A stretch of DNA of 64,000 nt from Saccostrea echinata (taxonomy: Eukaryota), in the NCBI RefSeq assembly GCF_033153115.1, contig NW_026889771.1, forward strand, positions 13,888,001 to 13,952,000, given 5' to 3'. The notes beneath the pieces were generated by a model. It made no database searches and had not been told where the DNA came from. It was given only the letters and a program-made list of their open reading frames with translations. The translations under genes were made by a program, and so were the position numbers. The first letter of the stretch is position 1. Each line of letters opens with the position of its first letter. Shown here in pieces: positions 1 through 12,500 of this stretch.

Positions 1-84
1 GGGGTCGGGCGGTATACTTACATAGAGCTGTTCATAAAGATGTCAATTATGACTGAGTCGACGGTGGCGAGTTCACTCAATTAA

Positions 85-185
85 GGTCAGACGATACGTT
101 TCTCAAATATCTGTTATTTATATCTTCGTAATGTATGAAAAAAGTATGAAAAATATTCAAAAACTGAAGAACGTGTCGTCTGTCC
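85..185. mobile_element. Kolobok-type MITE
   Basis: TTAA|GGTCAGACGATACGTT ... AACGTGTCGTCTGTCC|TTAA. Confidence 0.7.
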
Positions 186-1754
186 TTAACAACATTTCCT
201 TCTAGAACAAGATAGGGTAGTTAGAAGCTTCCATGGTGGTCAGAGAAGGAACCCCCCTCCCCCACCCCCATCAACAACAACAACAACAATCATCACCAAC
301 AAGACACTTAAAACTTAGCAAAACTGGGAAACTATATACCAAGAATTAATTTATTTTTGCAAAAAGTTATCGTGGCTTAAAATTCTCATAATGTGTTTGG
401 GGGGGGGGGGTTAACCACCCATAGTCAGGTGCCTGTGCTTTTTGGGGGAAGAAATTTTCAATACTACATTGTAAACAATTTTTTACATGTAAAGCGAAAT
501 AGAATACACTGACAGACATTTCTGGATTTGGTTCTTAGTATTTTGAAATAATTATTCAGATTCCTCTATCGTAAATACTTTACTTTCTTCTGTTGCTTTC
601 TTCGACCAACAAAAAAGGGGAATGAGTATCAATAGATTTCTTACTAGATAAATTATGTTTCAGGTATAATAGTGCAGTTTTTCTTGTTCCTGAACGTGTC
701 CAGCGATTTCTTCTGATTGGTATAATTACAACAATTATCCAGAAATCCGGTTATAATAAAAAATATGTAAAAAATGAAAATTATTAAATTTCTTAATCAA
801 GTTTCTGTCAAAATTTGCAGCAGTGAAAATAATCACAAGGACACTGATTTCTGCAAGGTGTCAAATTTAAGGGATTTTGTGACTGGAATACTTTGGCATA
901 TATTTTCCAACATACAGCTGTAATTGTTGCAATAAAAGGAATGATGTGAATTGTAGTTCGGGGATAGAGCTACGATGGAGGAGGGGGTTGGGGGATTGGA
1001 TCTCTCAGTAACTGCCGCAAAATGGTATTACACCTAGGACAATTGAATTTTATGCACGAAACAGAAAGAAAAAAAATATGTGTTTGAATAGTAATTTCAC
1101 TTTCAGTAGAAAAACGTTATCCCCCACCCCCCAAAAATGGAGTTATAAACATCTCCTGTGTTCATATAAGGAGGTCTCGTTCTGGTGAAGCTCATAGCCT
1201 AATTAATGTAAACTCAGATGATTGAAAATATATTTCATTATTGGAAGACATTGAATGAATTATTGCACGTAATATACATGAAATTGGTGTGCGCTTCAAT
1301 TAATTGTCAGAGCTTTAATCAATTGTTAATGAGCGCAATAAAACATAAATAAATAAATAAATAAAACATAAATAAATAAATAAAAATTACAGATATCTCT
1401 TTTATTTTATATGAAGATCTTTAATTATACTATCAAGGAATTTATGACGTCTATGTGAAAACGCTAAATTATCAACGTGTATACAGAGGTTTCATTTATA
1501 AACGTGAATTTTAAGAAAGTCGCGCTCAAATTTACATACATTTCATTTTTTTCCGACTAACCGATTACAGATTTTCTAACCGATTACCATCGTTCCGACC
1601 GAGTAATCGGTTAACCGGTTACAAACTGCCATCCCTACTTCAAATGATTAAAAATATATTTAATTATTTGGGTTTATGTTGATTGTGCGCTCCATATGTA
1701 TTCATCTAATGGTCAAACATCTATCAATCGCGGTACATGCGATATTATTTGATT

Positions 1755-2760
1755 TTTGATCGCCTGAGTTACTCGGGTGATCTATTGCCTCTAGAATCTG
1801 TTTTGAATTCGTCCATCGTCGTGTGTTAACATCTGAATATTGCCCTTTCTTCTATGGAATCATTGAACCAATTTTGGAATATGACATCTAAAAAAAAATA
1901 AATTTCATGGTCCCCACCTCCTGGGGCCTGAGGGGTGGAATTAAAACCATCAAAATTAGTGGTATCTTTGAACTCCCGGACATCAAGCAGTAAAACTGTT
2001 GGAAAGATTGTAATTTTAAAAATAAGCATTGAGCTCTCTATCAAAATTGTGAAATTCGTGGCCTATGCGTCAAGGACGGGGCTCTATTGATTATAAAGTG
2101 AGAATGCATATATTCTGTAAAAGTCGTCTTCTCTGTCTTTGGGTATCTAGCAAACAGTGCCTGGCTATGATGAATTAACCCCTGGGTCAGGGGCTCTGGT
2201 GTTAGGACAGGGCTCTATTGTTAATGTAGTGAAGATGCATTTGTTATTTGAAAATCTTAATTTCTCCGATACTGGTATTTAACAGATAAACTACAGTACG
2301 CGCATGGTTATGATGAGCCCTTGGGTCAGGGGCTCTGGTGTTAGGATGGGGGTCCTTTTATCATATAGTAAAAATTCATTAATTCTTTGAAAATCTTCTC
2401 TGCTCCTGGGTATTAAGCAAAGAAACTAAGTGCATGATTATGATGAGCAAGGATGACTTGTCTAAAATCATTTTATTCCTGGCTCTTGGGTAAGGGATTT
2501 TGGTGTTAAGGAGGGGCTCTATTAATTATATAGTGAAAATGGATTAATTCTTTGAAATTCTTCTTCAACTAGGAGGCTAACAGAGTACAAAGTTGTATAA
2601 ACATGCAAAGGTATAAATGATTCATATTCGTGAAACTCTGGAGCATTGGGTCAAGGGTTCTGGTGCTTTGCACTTGTAAAATATAAAAAAAAAAATCTGT
2701 CCTACTTGTGAAATAAATTTCATATTCAACTACTAAACATTGAATATCCTCCATGTACTT
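1755..2760 (-). repeat. Diverged satellite-bearing HINE-like copy
   Basis: Repeated CCCTGGGTCAGGGGCTCTGGTGTTAGG..TGAAAATGCATT..GAAAATCTTC units; same family as 15500-16460. Confidence 0.6.
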
Positions 2761-2918
2761 TAAAGATATAGATGCAGGAATTGTCATCCATCAATTGGTC
2801 ATAATCTTGTAAATATTTTCCAGCTTCTCTGAATCCCAAAACCAATTACAACAAATATTGGTAAATGGCATACGGCCTCTTCTTGGAACAGAGACAGTTA
2901 GATCTGTTCAGAAATAGA

Positions 2919-3351
2919 AACATGATATCTTGGTCATTAAATACTTTATTTTGTGATTTACCACCAAAAAATATCACATTAGGATTTTGATGATAACAAA
3001 TGCCTACAAAACAACCATCCAAAACACAAAAATGAGAGTACAGAATCAATGCACAAGTGTAAAGAATCATTGCACTAGTTGAATTCACCTGCTTTACTTG
3101 CTAATATAAATATGATAGAAAAAATGAATTCGTCCATCGTCCAACATGATATCTTGGTCATTAAATACTTTATTTTGTGATTTACCACCAAAAAATATCA
3201 CATTAGGATTTTGATGATAACAGATGCCTACAAAACAACCATCCAAAACACAAAAATGAGAGTACAGAATCAATGCACAAGTGTAAAGAATCATTGCACT
3301 AGTTGAATTCACCTGCTTTACTTGCTAATATAAATATGATAGAAAAAATGA
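2919..3351. repeat. Recent 209-bp direct duplication with 15-bp spacer
   Basis: 2919-3127 and 3143-3351 are near-identical (one A/G difference seen). Confidence 0.9.
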
Positions 3352-4278
3352 TAGACCCCCCCTCCCCCCCCCCCCCCCCCAAAAAAAACTGACTAAGTCA
3401 TAAAGGGTCCCACAGTATGCTTATATAAATAATTTAAACAATGGTCTTTCAAGTGTCCTCAGAACCTATAGGAGTCTCTTTCAATTGTGCAGTGAATTAG
3501 ATGACATGTTCAAGTGATTTGAACAATAGAATAACCATTTATACATACACAACAATATATCAAATCCATAATCTCAATCTTTATGAAGTGACCCACAAAC
3601 CTATAGATACCTCACTTTAACCAGTTTCCATCTACCTCTACATATGAAGTCTGTAGATTACAAAATGTCAAAGTTGAGTAAGTGATCCTAAAACCTGTAG
3701 GCCTTTTCCTTTACCCATTCTCTACTTATATACTAAATACAAAGTGTGTAGAAGGGATATGTAGATTTACTATACACAAAGTAGGTTTCAAAATGTCTAA
3801 GTTACTGCACCACAATGTTTATGGTAATAATCTTTTGTTTTGACCTTGACCTTCATTTTGGTGTCTTCCTTTAACCATTCTCTACCTATGGTAAGTGTTG
3901 TTGGTAAGATAAGAAAAATACTAAATATTGCATAAATATCACATATATGTATTATGATAATGGTAACTATTCTGACCTTGACATTTGACCAATTGACTTA
4001 CAAAACCTGTAGGCCCAATCCTCTAAACCATCCTCAAACAATGCATTAAATATGATATCTATATGGGTTGAAAGTTAACGACTTTATCGTCCCGTAAAAT
4101 GTGTTGATGACAGACAAACCTGCATGGTGATTACTAAAGGGCGCACACATCCTGATGTGGCACCATAATAAAAAGCGATTGTGAAGCTAGCACATACACA
4201 TGTACTGCACTCTTAGTATACTTTACATAATATACAGAAAACATAAAATCTTCATTAAAATTTTTACAGTGAAAAATG

Positions 4279-7200
4279 TCAAGAAAATAGTCCCTCATTC
4301 CTCATGATTTCATTCCTAATATTTGTAAGTAAGTAGCCAAGTTTGTTCTTTCCTCTCCAGGATTTTCGGCTGTGAGCTTTGGGGTTTTGCGCACCAAGTC
4401 CGATTCCCCACAATCGATCACGTGGTGCAGCTTCCACCAGAATGCAGGGGAATGTGGCAATCAATGCTCTCATTAGATTTTTATTCTGTTTGAACTAAGA
4501 ATAGGAAGGAAACATTTAATTTATATACAAAGTCAAAACTTTACTCATTTTTTGTTTAAAAAGGAACAAGCAACTTGATAACATTCATCAACAAACAACT
4601 TTTCCAATTTTAAGGATTTAATCTCAATTATGATTGACCAAATCAGATTATTTTATATTCATCTTGATCAAATCTGAACATCTTGGACATGTAATACATG
4701 TAATTATTTTGAAGAATTGGAGAGATAAAGAGATAATCATTACCTTTGCCATAATCCCCCTCTTCACAACCTTTTCACTGATGTTAGCCCAGTGTTTGGC
4801 ATCAAAATTTTGCACTTGTCTTCCTAGTTTTTTCATTTTTACTGGATCTGTTGCTTTCATTATTTCATTGGCATGATATGGATCTTGAAATATCACTATA
4901 AAGGAAAAGTACAAGAAGTAATGTCTAGGGTGTATAAAAAAGTTTTTATAGGTTATTCCCCCTTTTACAAAACTTAAACCCAGTTGTTCATAAAGAAAGA
5001 TTGTTTACAAACATCAAAAAAATAAAAGCTTGGTCAAAACAGTGAGGAATGACAGTATTTTTAAGCAATTTCCATGTCCTATAAAGTTAAAAAAAAAATA
5101 ACTGTCTAATAAGAAACATAGTATAATAACCATCTAATGCTTCAGCTGATAAAATGGAGGATTAAAAAAATCTGCTATGACAACTTTCTACAATAATATA
5201 TTTAGGACATACAAATATTTTTTATATTTTTATGATGGCAAATATTATTGCATGACCTATTATCTCATTTGCATGACACATTTTTCTTAACCTCATAATG
5301 ATGTTTGAATGAGATTTATCTTGTTTGCATGATATATTATTATCTTATTCACACAACTCATAATGTCATTTGAACAAGATGTTATATCATTCACATTCAT
5401 TCATATAGCTAATTTGTTCCCTAAAACAGAGTTATCAATAAGTCAAGTTGCATTATTTACAATCTCCTGAAATTTTTCCTATTTTTGTGACCATCTTGAA
5501 AGAATCAAAGATAAAATGTTCACAAAACATCATTTTTGCTACTTTTAAAACTGAATTTGTATTACCGGTACATGTATAATGTAAAAAATTCCTGAATAAA
5601 AATTGAAGGCATCTAAAAATTGTTCAGTACATAACTTGGAATGACAAAAATTATGTAATGATTTTTTTGTTGTACAATATTTATTTATTGTTTTATTTAT
5701 TGAAAAAATAATTTATTTTCATTACACACATATATATAATGAAAATTTCCTGATTTACCCTTACCCACATACTGAAATCAACTTCCAATACCATATACAG
5801 TAAAAAACACATACAACGAAGTGCCAGGGATGGATGATTTTGCTTCGTTATAAACGTAATTCACTATATCTGTTAAGTTCATAATGTATTTTACAGCCAA
5901 GGGAAATGAAAATCACTTTGCTGTAAGTGTCAATTCATTATAAGCGTGTTTGCTGTAACTGTCTTTTACTGTACAAGTCTATGGCCAGCCTAATATACTA
6001 TCATAACAAAGAGATAAAATTGAATAGAAAAATCACCTCATGCGAATGAGATAATAAAACATGCAAATGAGATACGAAATATTTTGTCATGCAAATGATA
6101 TAATACCTCATGTGAATGAGACAATAAGTTGTTCATATGAGATAATAATAAGTCATGAAACCAGGATACTGTGCACCCATGCAAATGAGATAATAGTCTT
6201 GCAAACAAGGTAATAACTTAACAATGTGTGTATGACATAACATCTTGTGCAAAGAGATATCCCATGCTAATGAGATGATAAGATAAGTCATGCAAATGTG
6301 ATACATGTAATGTCTTTCAAAAGAGAAAATATGTCAAGCAAATGAGATATTTATATGTGGTGCAAACAAGATATTAATTCACGTGAATGAGATAAGTCAT
6401 GTGAACAAGATAATAAACTGAGCGAACACTGTAATATCTCGTGGGAAGGACATTAAATTTTGAGCATATTAAGAAGTAAGCATGTAAATCCTTCTTCATT
6501 ATCTGTATTTTGATTAATAAAATATCTATATTAAAAACCATTTTCAAAGCTATTGTTAAAATAAATATCACTTCCTAAATATACCACTGTAACTTTGTCA
6601 TCTTGGAAGAAACTTTTTTCCCTTTCTGCATGGTCATTTTTAATTTAGTGGAGTGAGCTTTGAAAATGACTTTTCTGGCATTGAAAGTGTGAAGACTAAT
6701 TTTTTCTTATGAAAAATAATAGTCCAAGTGGTATGACTACATATATAGAAGTTCACTTTACCTTACAACATATAAGCTGACATTGAAGTATGACAAATTA
6801 GTGTGAAAAAATGTTGACAATTCCACTTGCTAAGATTCACAGTACCAGTAATCTAAAAGCATCACATTCAACCACAATGAAGCATGGCTTTACTTTGAAC
6901 AACATATTATTACCATCTACTGAAAATTTGAACAAACCTGCTTTTTGATGCATCATATACTGCTCACTGCAGCTATAGGTGACCCCATCAAGGTCAAATT
7001 TAGCTGGATGAAAGTTACTGAACGGCGAAACCTTTCCAAAAAAGAAATGAAAGTGTTCTTTTCTGTCCTTTGAGTAATCTTGTTTCATTAAAGTTATGCT
7101 GTCTTGTAAATTTAACTTTGTTTTCTCAATCAAATCAACAGAATTAAACCGAGATTCTCTCCTTGGACTTTTTACTTTTTGGGAACTTGAGGGGTAATCT

Positions 7201-7982
7201 GGGTTGGAGTTCTTTTGCTCATCTTGGTTACGTCTGGGACTGGAACTTGCAGAAAAGTATTCACTGATATCTTTATGCTTCCTGGATCCTGTAAATTTAT
7301 CTTTGCGTGATGAAGAAAGATGTCTATCCTTGTCTCCTCCGAAGCCTGAAGATTTATCTTTGGGGTGAGAAGAAGAGTGTTGCTTATCTCTGTCCTGTCT
7401 GGAGCCTGAAGAATTATCTTTGTGTGTAGAAGAATGGTGCTTATCTCTGTCACGACTGGAACCTCGAGATTTATCTTTGTGAGTAGAAGAATGGTGCTTA
7501 TCTCTGTCACGACTGAAACCTCGAGATTTATCTTTGTGTGTAGAAGAATGGTGCTTATCTCTGTCACGACTGGAACCTCGAGATTTATCTTTATGTGGAG
7601 AAGAGTGGTGCTTACTTGTATCTCTGTCATGACTGGAACCTCGAGATTTATCTTTGTGTGTAGAAGAGTGGTACCTTTTTTCTTCCCCTTTGGAACCTGA
7701 ACTTTCATTATTTTCGGGAGAAGAGTTTTGCCCATCTTTGCCTCGTCTAGAGCTTGAATCTTCTAAATTATCAGAGGAAGAAATTTTCTTCTTCATTACT
7801 GAGACTCTATCTTTTGATGGAGATGAGTTGTGTTTATCATCAGCATCAGACATTTTTACTTTTTCTGGGTAATGCCTCTCGTCATCATTAATGTTTTCTG
7901 CAGTATCTACTGATTCATTAGATTTTAACACCTTTGCCTGCTTGCAATCATCACTCGATGTTTCACCTCCTGATCTTTTCAT
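4279..7982 (-). CDS. NADAR-domain protein A (YbiA/RibX-like N-glycosidase) with long low-complexity N-terminus, ~470 aa, 3 coding exons
   Basis: Exons 7982-6938, 4895-4744, 4494-4279 join in frame with GT-AG ends (phases 1, 0). NADAR motifs FSNFH, SEQYMMHQKA, MKKLGR, LVEAAPRDRLWGIG, WRGKNKLGYLL. Confidence 0.9.
5798..5971. mobile_element. TA-flanked MITE
   Basis: TA|CAGTAAAA ... TTTTACTG|TA. Confidence 0.6.
7270..7672 (-). repeat. Coding 54-bp tandem repeat (18 aa unit HHSSTHKDKSRGSSRDRDK, ~7 copies, degenerate at the ends)
   Basis: Unit gatttatctttgtgtgtagaagaatggtgcttatctctgtcacgactggaacctcga recurs every 54 bp in exon 1 of NADAR A. Confidence 0.9.
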
Positions 7983-8615
7983 CTTTACAAACTACAAACA
8001 GTACAGCAATCTGGAAAAGAAGTGTCATTTGATAAAAAAAATATATGCAGTATTTTGCAAATTATTGTGTTGTGTGTCAAACTGGTAAACACGTACCTGC
8101 ATAGTAAGATTTTTTTTTGTTTTTGTACTTGTATTATGATTGATAGCTAGCTAGCACATATATAAATGCAATATATGTTAATAAGCCATTGAGGTATTCT
8201 TAAAATGTTATTTTTAAATACATTTTTCTTTTCTTTAATCTAGTCTGTGTTTAATATTTATAAAGTTTACTTAAACTTGATTGTAATGTCAATAAATTGT
8301 ACAGCATACTGAGACTATGTTCTTTTTATTGAAATCAATTATATAAAACCTTTTAACATTATCATTTTTTAGGATACAGTCACAATTTAAATTAATTTAT
8401 CGTGTTATGCTTCTATATTTAAAATACATATTCAAACCCTTCAAAAACTGTTTGTCCCTGTCAAAAGGATATCTACTTTCTACTGATTTTAGTGAAACCG
8501 TTATTTCACAACATATTCGCAACAACTTGAATATTAAAGAACTTGTTTACAATATATAAGCCTCTCAGCTGCAAAGAATGGTAAACTTAGTTACACATCA
8601 GACATAGCGTATAAC

Positions 8616-9055
8616 AAAACTGAAATCAAAGAGCCCAAGCAAAAGTAAGACTGAAGGTATGCATTGTTATAAACGTATGATTTAAACAATAATGCACTCC
8701 ATTGAATTTGTCAAATCAATATTATTGTCTGTTTTGAATTTTACCTGCAATGATTTGTTTTCCCTTTTCCTAGTTGTTGTAAAATTTACTAATTTTAGCA
8801 CATTTAAAAAAAAAACGACTAAAGTACATACCAGCGAATAATGTGGGGGTTTCCAGGAGTTCAAAACGAAAGTAGATAGGGAAGGTAAGCAGGTGGTGTT
8901 AGTTGGCTATTTACCAGTTTTAGGACTAATTTGCAATTAGCTCAGGCAATTTAAATAAATAGACACTATTTCTTTTAGATAAAAAGGATTTCATTTTATT
9001 AAGAAAAAGAATAATGATATTAAGGTTGAAATGGTAAGAAACAACTTTCGGTTTC
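8616..9055. promoter_or_regulatory. Bidirectional promoter of the NADAR pair with NF-kB and ISRE/IRF-E motifs
   Basis: GGGGGTTTCC 8845-8854 fits GGGRNYYYCC. CAAAACGAAAGT 8862-8873. ACTTTCGGTTTC 9044-9055 (reverse complement GAAACCGAAAGT). AAAACTGAAAT 8616-8626. Candidate 5'UTR splice donors face outward at ~8744 (-) and 8885/9034 (+). Confidence 0.55.
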
Positions 9056-9571
9056 TCTACATCGTGATGCTTGATGTGTAACGTTATACATGTATACCAC
9101 TTCTGATACAACGAATACTTGCACAGAAATGTACAATAAGTACCGTAACTGAAGTTAGGGTATCGTTTGTTCACATTTTGAATGTTATAATTAAAACATT
9201 CAATTTTGGACGACTACACTAAAGAGAATACAAATTATACGTATGCATATACTATAATGCAGTGATATGTTGGAGGAATAGGAATATTTCTAGTAACATC
9301 CAATATCGCAATACATTATTGTACAGTGTATATGCTTATACTGAGTGTCTTATAAGTCAATACACACAGTGACCACAGAGATATCACATCACAGATTTGC
9401 TGATAAGATCTAATGGAATCTCATATCTTATGTATAAATAATATCTCTGAATAGCATGCAGATGCAGGAAAATTGAAAGAAAAAATAATGGGCAATTTTG
9501 TGCAGTTTTGCTAGAAAATGAATATATATGATAAAGATATATATAAATGGAATGAATTTTTTTTTTCAGGT

Positions 9572-12500
9572 ATGGCAGAAAAAGACTTGGAACATCAGGT
9601 GACAGAAGCACTAAAAAATCTTGAGGTAAATGATGCAGAAACAGAAAAATGCCTGAACTCACCAGAAATTGTCCAAACCAAGCCTGAGAATGAGTCAAGT
9701 GATTTAGTGGAAACAGAAAAGCCAGCTGAGTCTGCAGTGGAACAAGAACCTAGTATAGAGGCAAGCACATCAGAAAACTGTCATAGTGATAACGATAATC
9801 AGGAAACTGTAGAATTAGTGTGTACAGGAAACACTGAATATCAGCAGGAAAGTGAGGAGCAGGGAGAAGAAACATCAGAGCCGACAGAGAAAGAGGAATC
9901 TAATGACGACCATTCAGACGAAACAAAAGCCATGGGTGAAAAACATTCCAAAAATCACACAGACAAAGAGGAAAATTATGATTATCAGGGAGAATACAAA
10001 AATAGAGGAAAAGGCCCCTCAGGGGAAAACCCAGACCATGGAAATAGACATAGAGGTAATGACAATCAAGGGTGCCGACCAAAAAAGAAACCAGGGATTC
10101 AAAGACTGTACGGTGGAAGTGGTGATGAAAGACCAACCAAGGAAAGGAAGAATGAGAGATGGGAGAAAAATAATAGGAATGAGGATAGCAGAGGGGAGGA
10201 AAATGATCGGAAAGGAAACAAAGGAAAATCTAAGGAGAAAAATAGGAATGAGAGATGGGGGGAAAATAGATGGAATGAGGATAATGGAGGAGAGGAAAAT
10301 GATTGGAAAGGAAACAAGGGGCAATCGAAGGAGAAGAATAAGAATGGGAGAGCTTGGAATAAGAACTCTGAATTACCTGATGAGAGAGAACAATATGAGT
10401 ACTTCTGGAGGAGTCACTCTGTCTATAGTCAGTGGTATATGACAGAGTTTGAGGTTGATGGGTTAAAGTATAATTGTGCCGAACAATATATGATGCATCA
10501 GAAAGCAGGTACATATCACTTACATATTCATGAAAAGTTCACCTTTTTAGATTTCTTTCATTGATTTTTAAAAATTCAATTCAATTCACTTTATTGACAA
10601 TTACCATGTCGGCATACAGTCATGACATAAAACGAATTAACAAGAATAATACATACATATACAAAATGACAAATGTGAGTTGAACAAAATAATGTAGAGT
10701 ATATTCACATATCTCTAAGTATTCATTGCTGACTTTCTTTTCTGGTGTCAAAGCACTTTTTCAAAAAACAACATATCCTTCTAGCAGTTGTAATATTTGT
10801 AGGATTGACAATTTTTCTAATGGGATTATCACTAGTATATGTGTTTACATTAAATATATCAGTATAATTGCATCTAAATTGGTCATACTTTGAACAGTAT
10901 AGAACAAAATGTTTTTCATCTTCAATAAATAATTTACATGAATAGCATAAACGTTTTTCTCTAGGAATAGGGGGTTTACAGTATCTGCCCGTTTCAATAT
11001 ACAATGGATGGGCACTGATCCTTAATTTTGTTAATACAGATCTAAAACTTTTCTTTAAAGGCAGCTTTAAATAACTTTGCAATTTGTATTCATTTTGAAT
11101 TACAATTTTACTATAAAAAGCTAACTTTCCAGAGTTTGATTTGCTTATATTTTTCAGTTGTTCATGTATCTTGTTTTGGTAATGCTCTTGTAATTTGTTT
11201 TTCAAGGTTGTGTGAGAAATATCCAAAGAAGTGATATTTAATTTTTGTAGTAATGAAGACAGTTTTCTTTGCCAAGATATTCTAGATACAAGTTTTTTGT
11301 CTTCTTTAAATGCAGAAATCACTAAATAATTATTATAATCATGTTTGTTTTCCATTTCCTTAAGTCTCTTAAAATATTTAAACATATATTCATAACATAA
11401 ATAGTACAAAGGAAAACGACCCAATTCACATAAAACAGCAAGATTTGATGCCTTTCTATGTACCCCTAGTATGTCTTTAAATATTAAGTGTTGTGTTTTT
11501 TCAAAAGGAAATTGGTCTGAAGACATTAAATCACATTTGAAGTCAGTTATCCATACTTCAGATCCATATGTAATAATTGGTATTATCATTGACTGGTATA
11601 ATTTTAACATAATTTCAGCTGAAAAATTAATGTTTGCAGGAAAATTTGATTTAATAGCATAATATGCTTTCCTAGCACGTTCTGATAGTTGTTCAGCTGC
11701 AAATTTCATTTTTCCATCAGATCTGAACACAACACCCAAATATTTATATTCATTCATTATGTTAATCATTTGGTGATTGTAATAAAATCTAAATGATGTT
11801 TCATCATCTGTTTTTCTTGAAAAAATCATAACATCTGTTTTATCCATATTAACACACAATTTCCAGTCTGAACAATATTTTCCTAAAACATCTATACAGT
11901 TTTGTAGACCAACTTCTGATTCTGATACAATAAAAAAGTGTTAAAGGTTATATTTAACAATGTTTAACAATTCCACTTTGATATTTTTATCAAATGTGGT
12001 TACAGTTTCAAAGTAGATGTATACTCACTATTTGTTGATGCACACAAAAGAAGGAAGTTACTTAGTTGCCTTGTCATTGTTTCATACTTTTCTAATTTTT
12101 CTCTAGAACTGATGAAGGATAAAGATAGTGCAGAAATTATTATGGCATTAGATCAACCACGTGAAATGAAAGAACAAGGAAGATACGTGAAGAACTTTAA
12201 TCAAGAGTTGTGGGACAAAAATTGTAGAAATATTGTTGAAAAAGGAAATATGGCAAAGGTATTGTGTTTGAAAATAGATTAAGTACATGTAGCATACATT
12301 TGTTCCATTGATAGAGAATTGTAATGTGCTAGAATGAATGTTTAGTCTGCCATTGTGATACCCTTCAAGGAGCCTCTGTCAGTTTACAGAAGAATGTTCA
12401 ACATTAGTGCTTGTGATATACATGCATGTATATGAATCCACTGAAGAAATATTAAACACCACATAATTTATCCTTTTCAATTGACATTTTGTAAAAAGTA

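Noticed and set aside
1553-1637. hAT-like terminus (TAGGGATG, AACCGATTAC repeats)
   Set aside because: Only one end found and no TSD; not enough to delimit an element.
2846-3312. Two near-identical short ORFs (MNSTSAMIL...)
   Set aside because: Produced by the 209-bp duplication; non-ATG start and no recognisable domain.
7172-7872. Overlapping ORFs in other frames of NADAR A exon 1
   Set aside because: By-products of the stop-free 54-bp coding repeat.
9852-10514. Alternative-frame and antisense ORFs over NADAR B exon 1
   Set aside because: Shadow ORFs of purine-rich low-complexity coding sequence.
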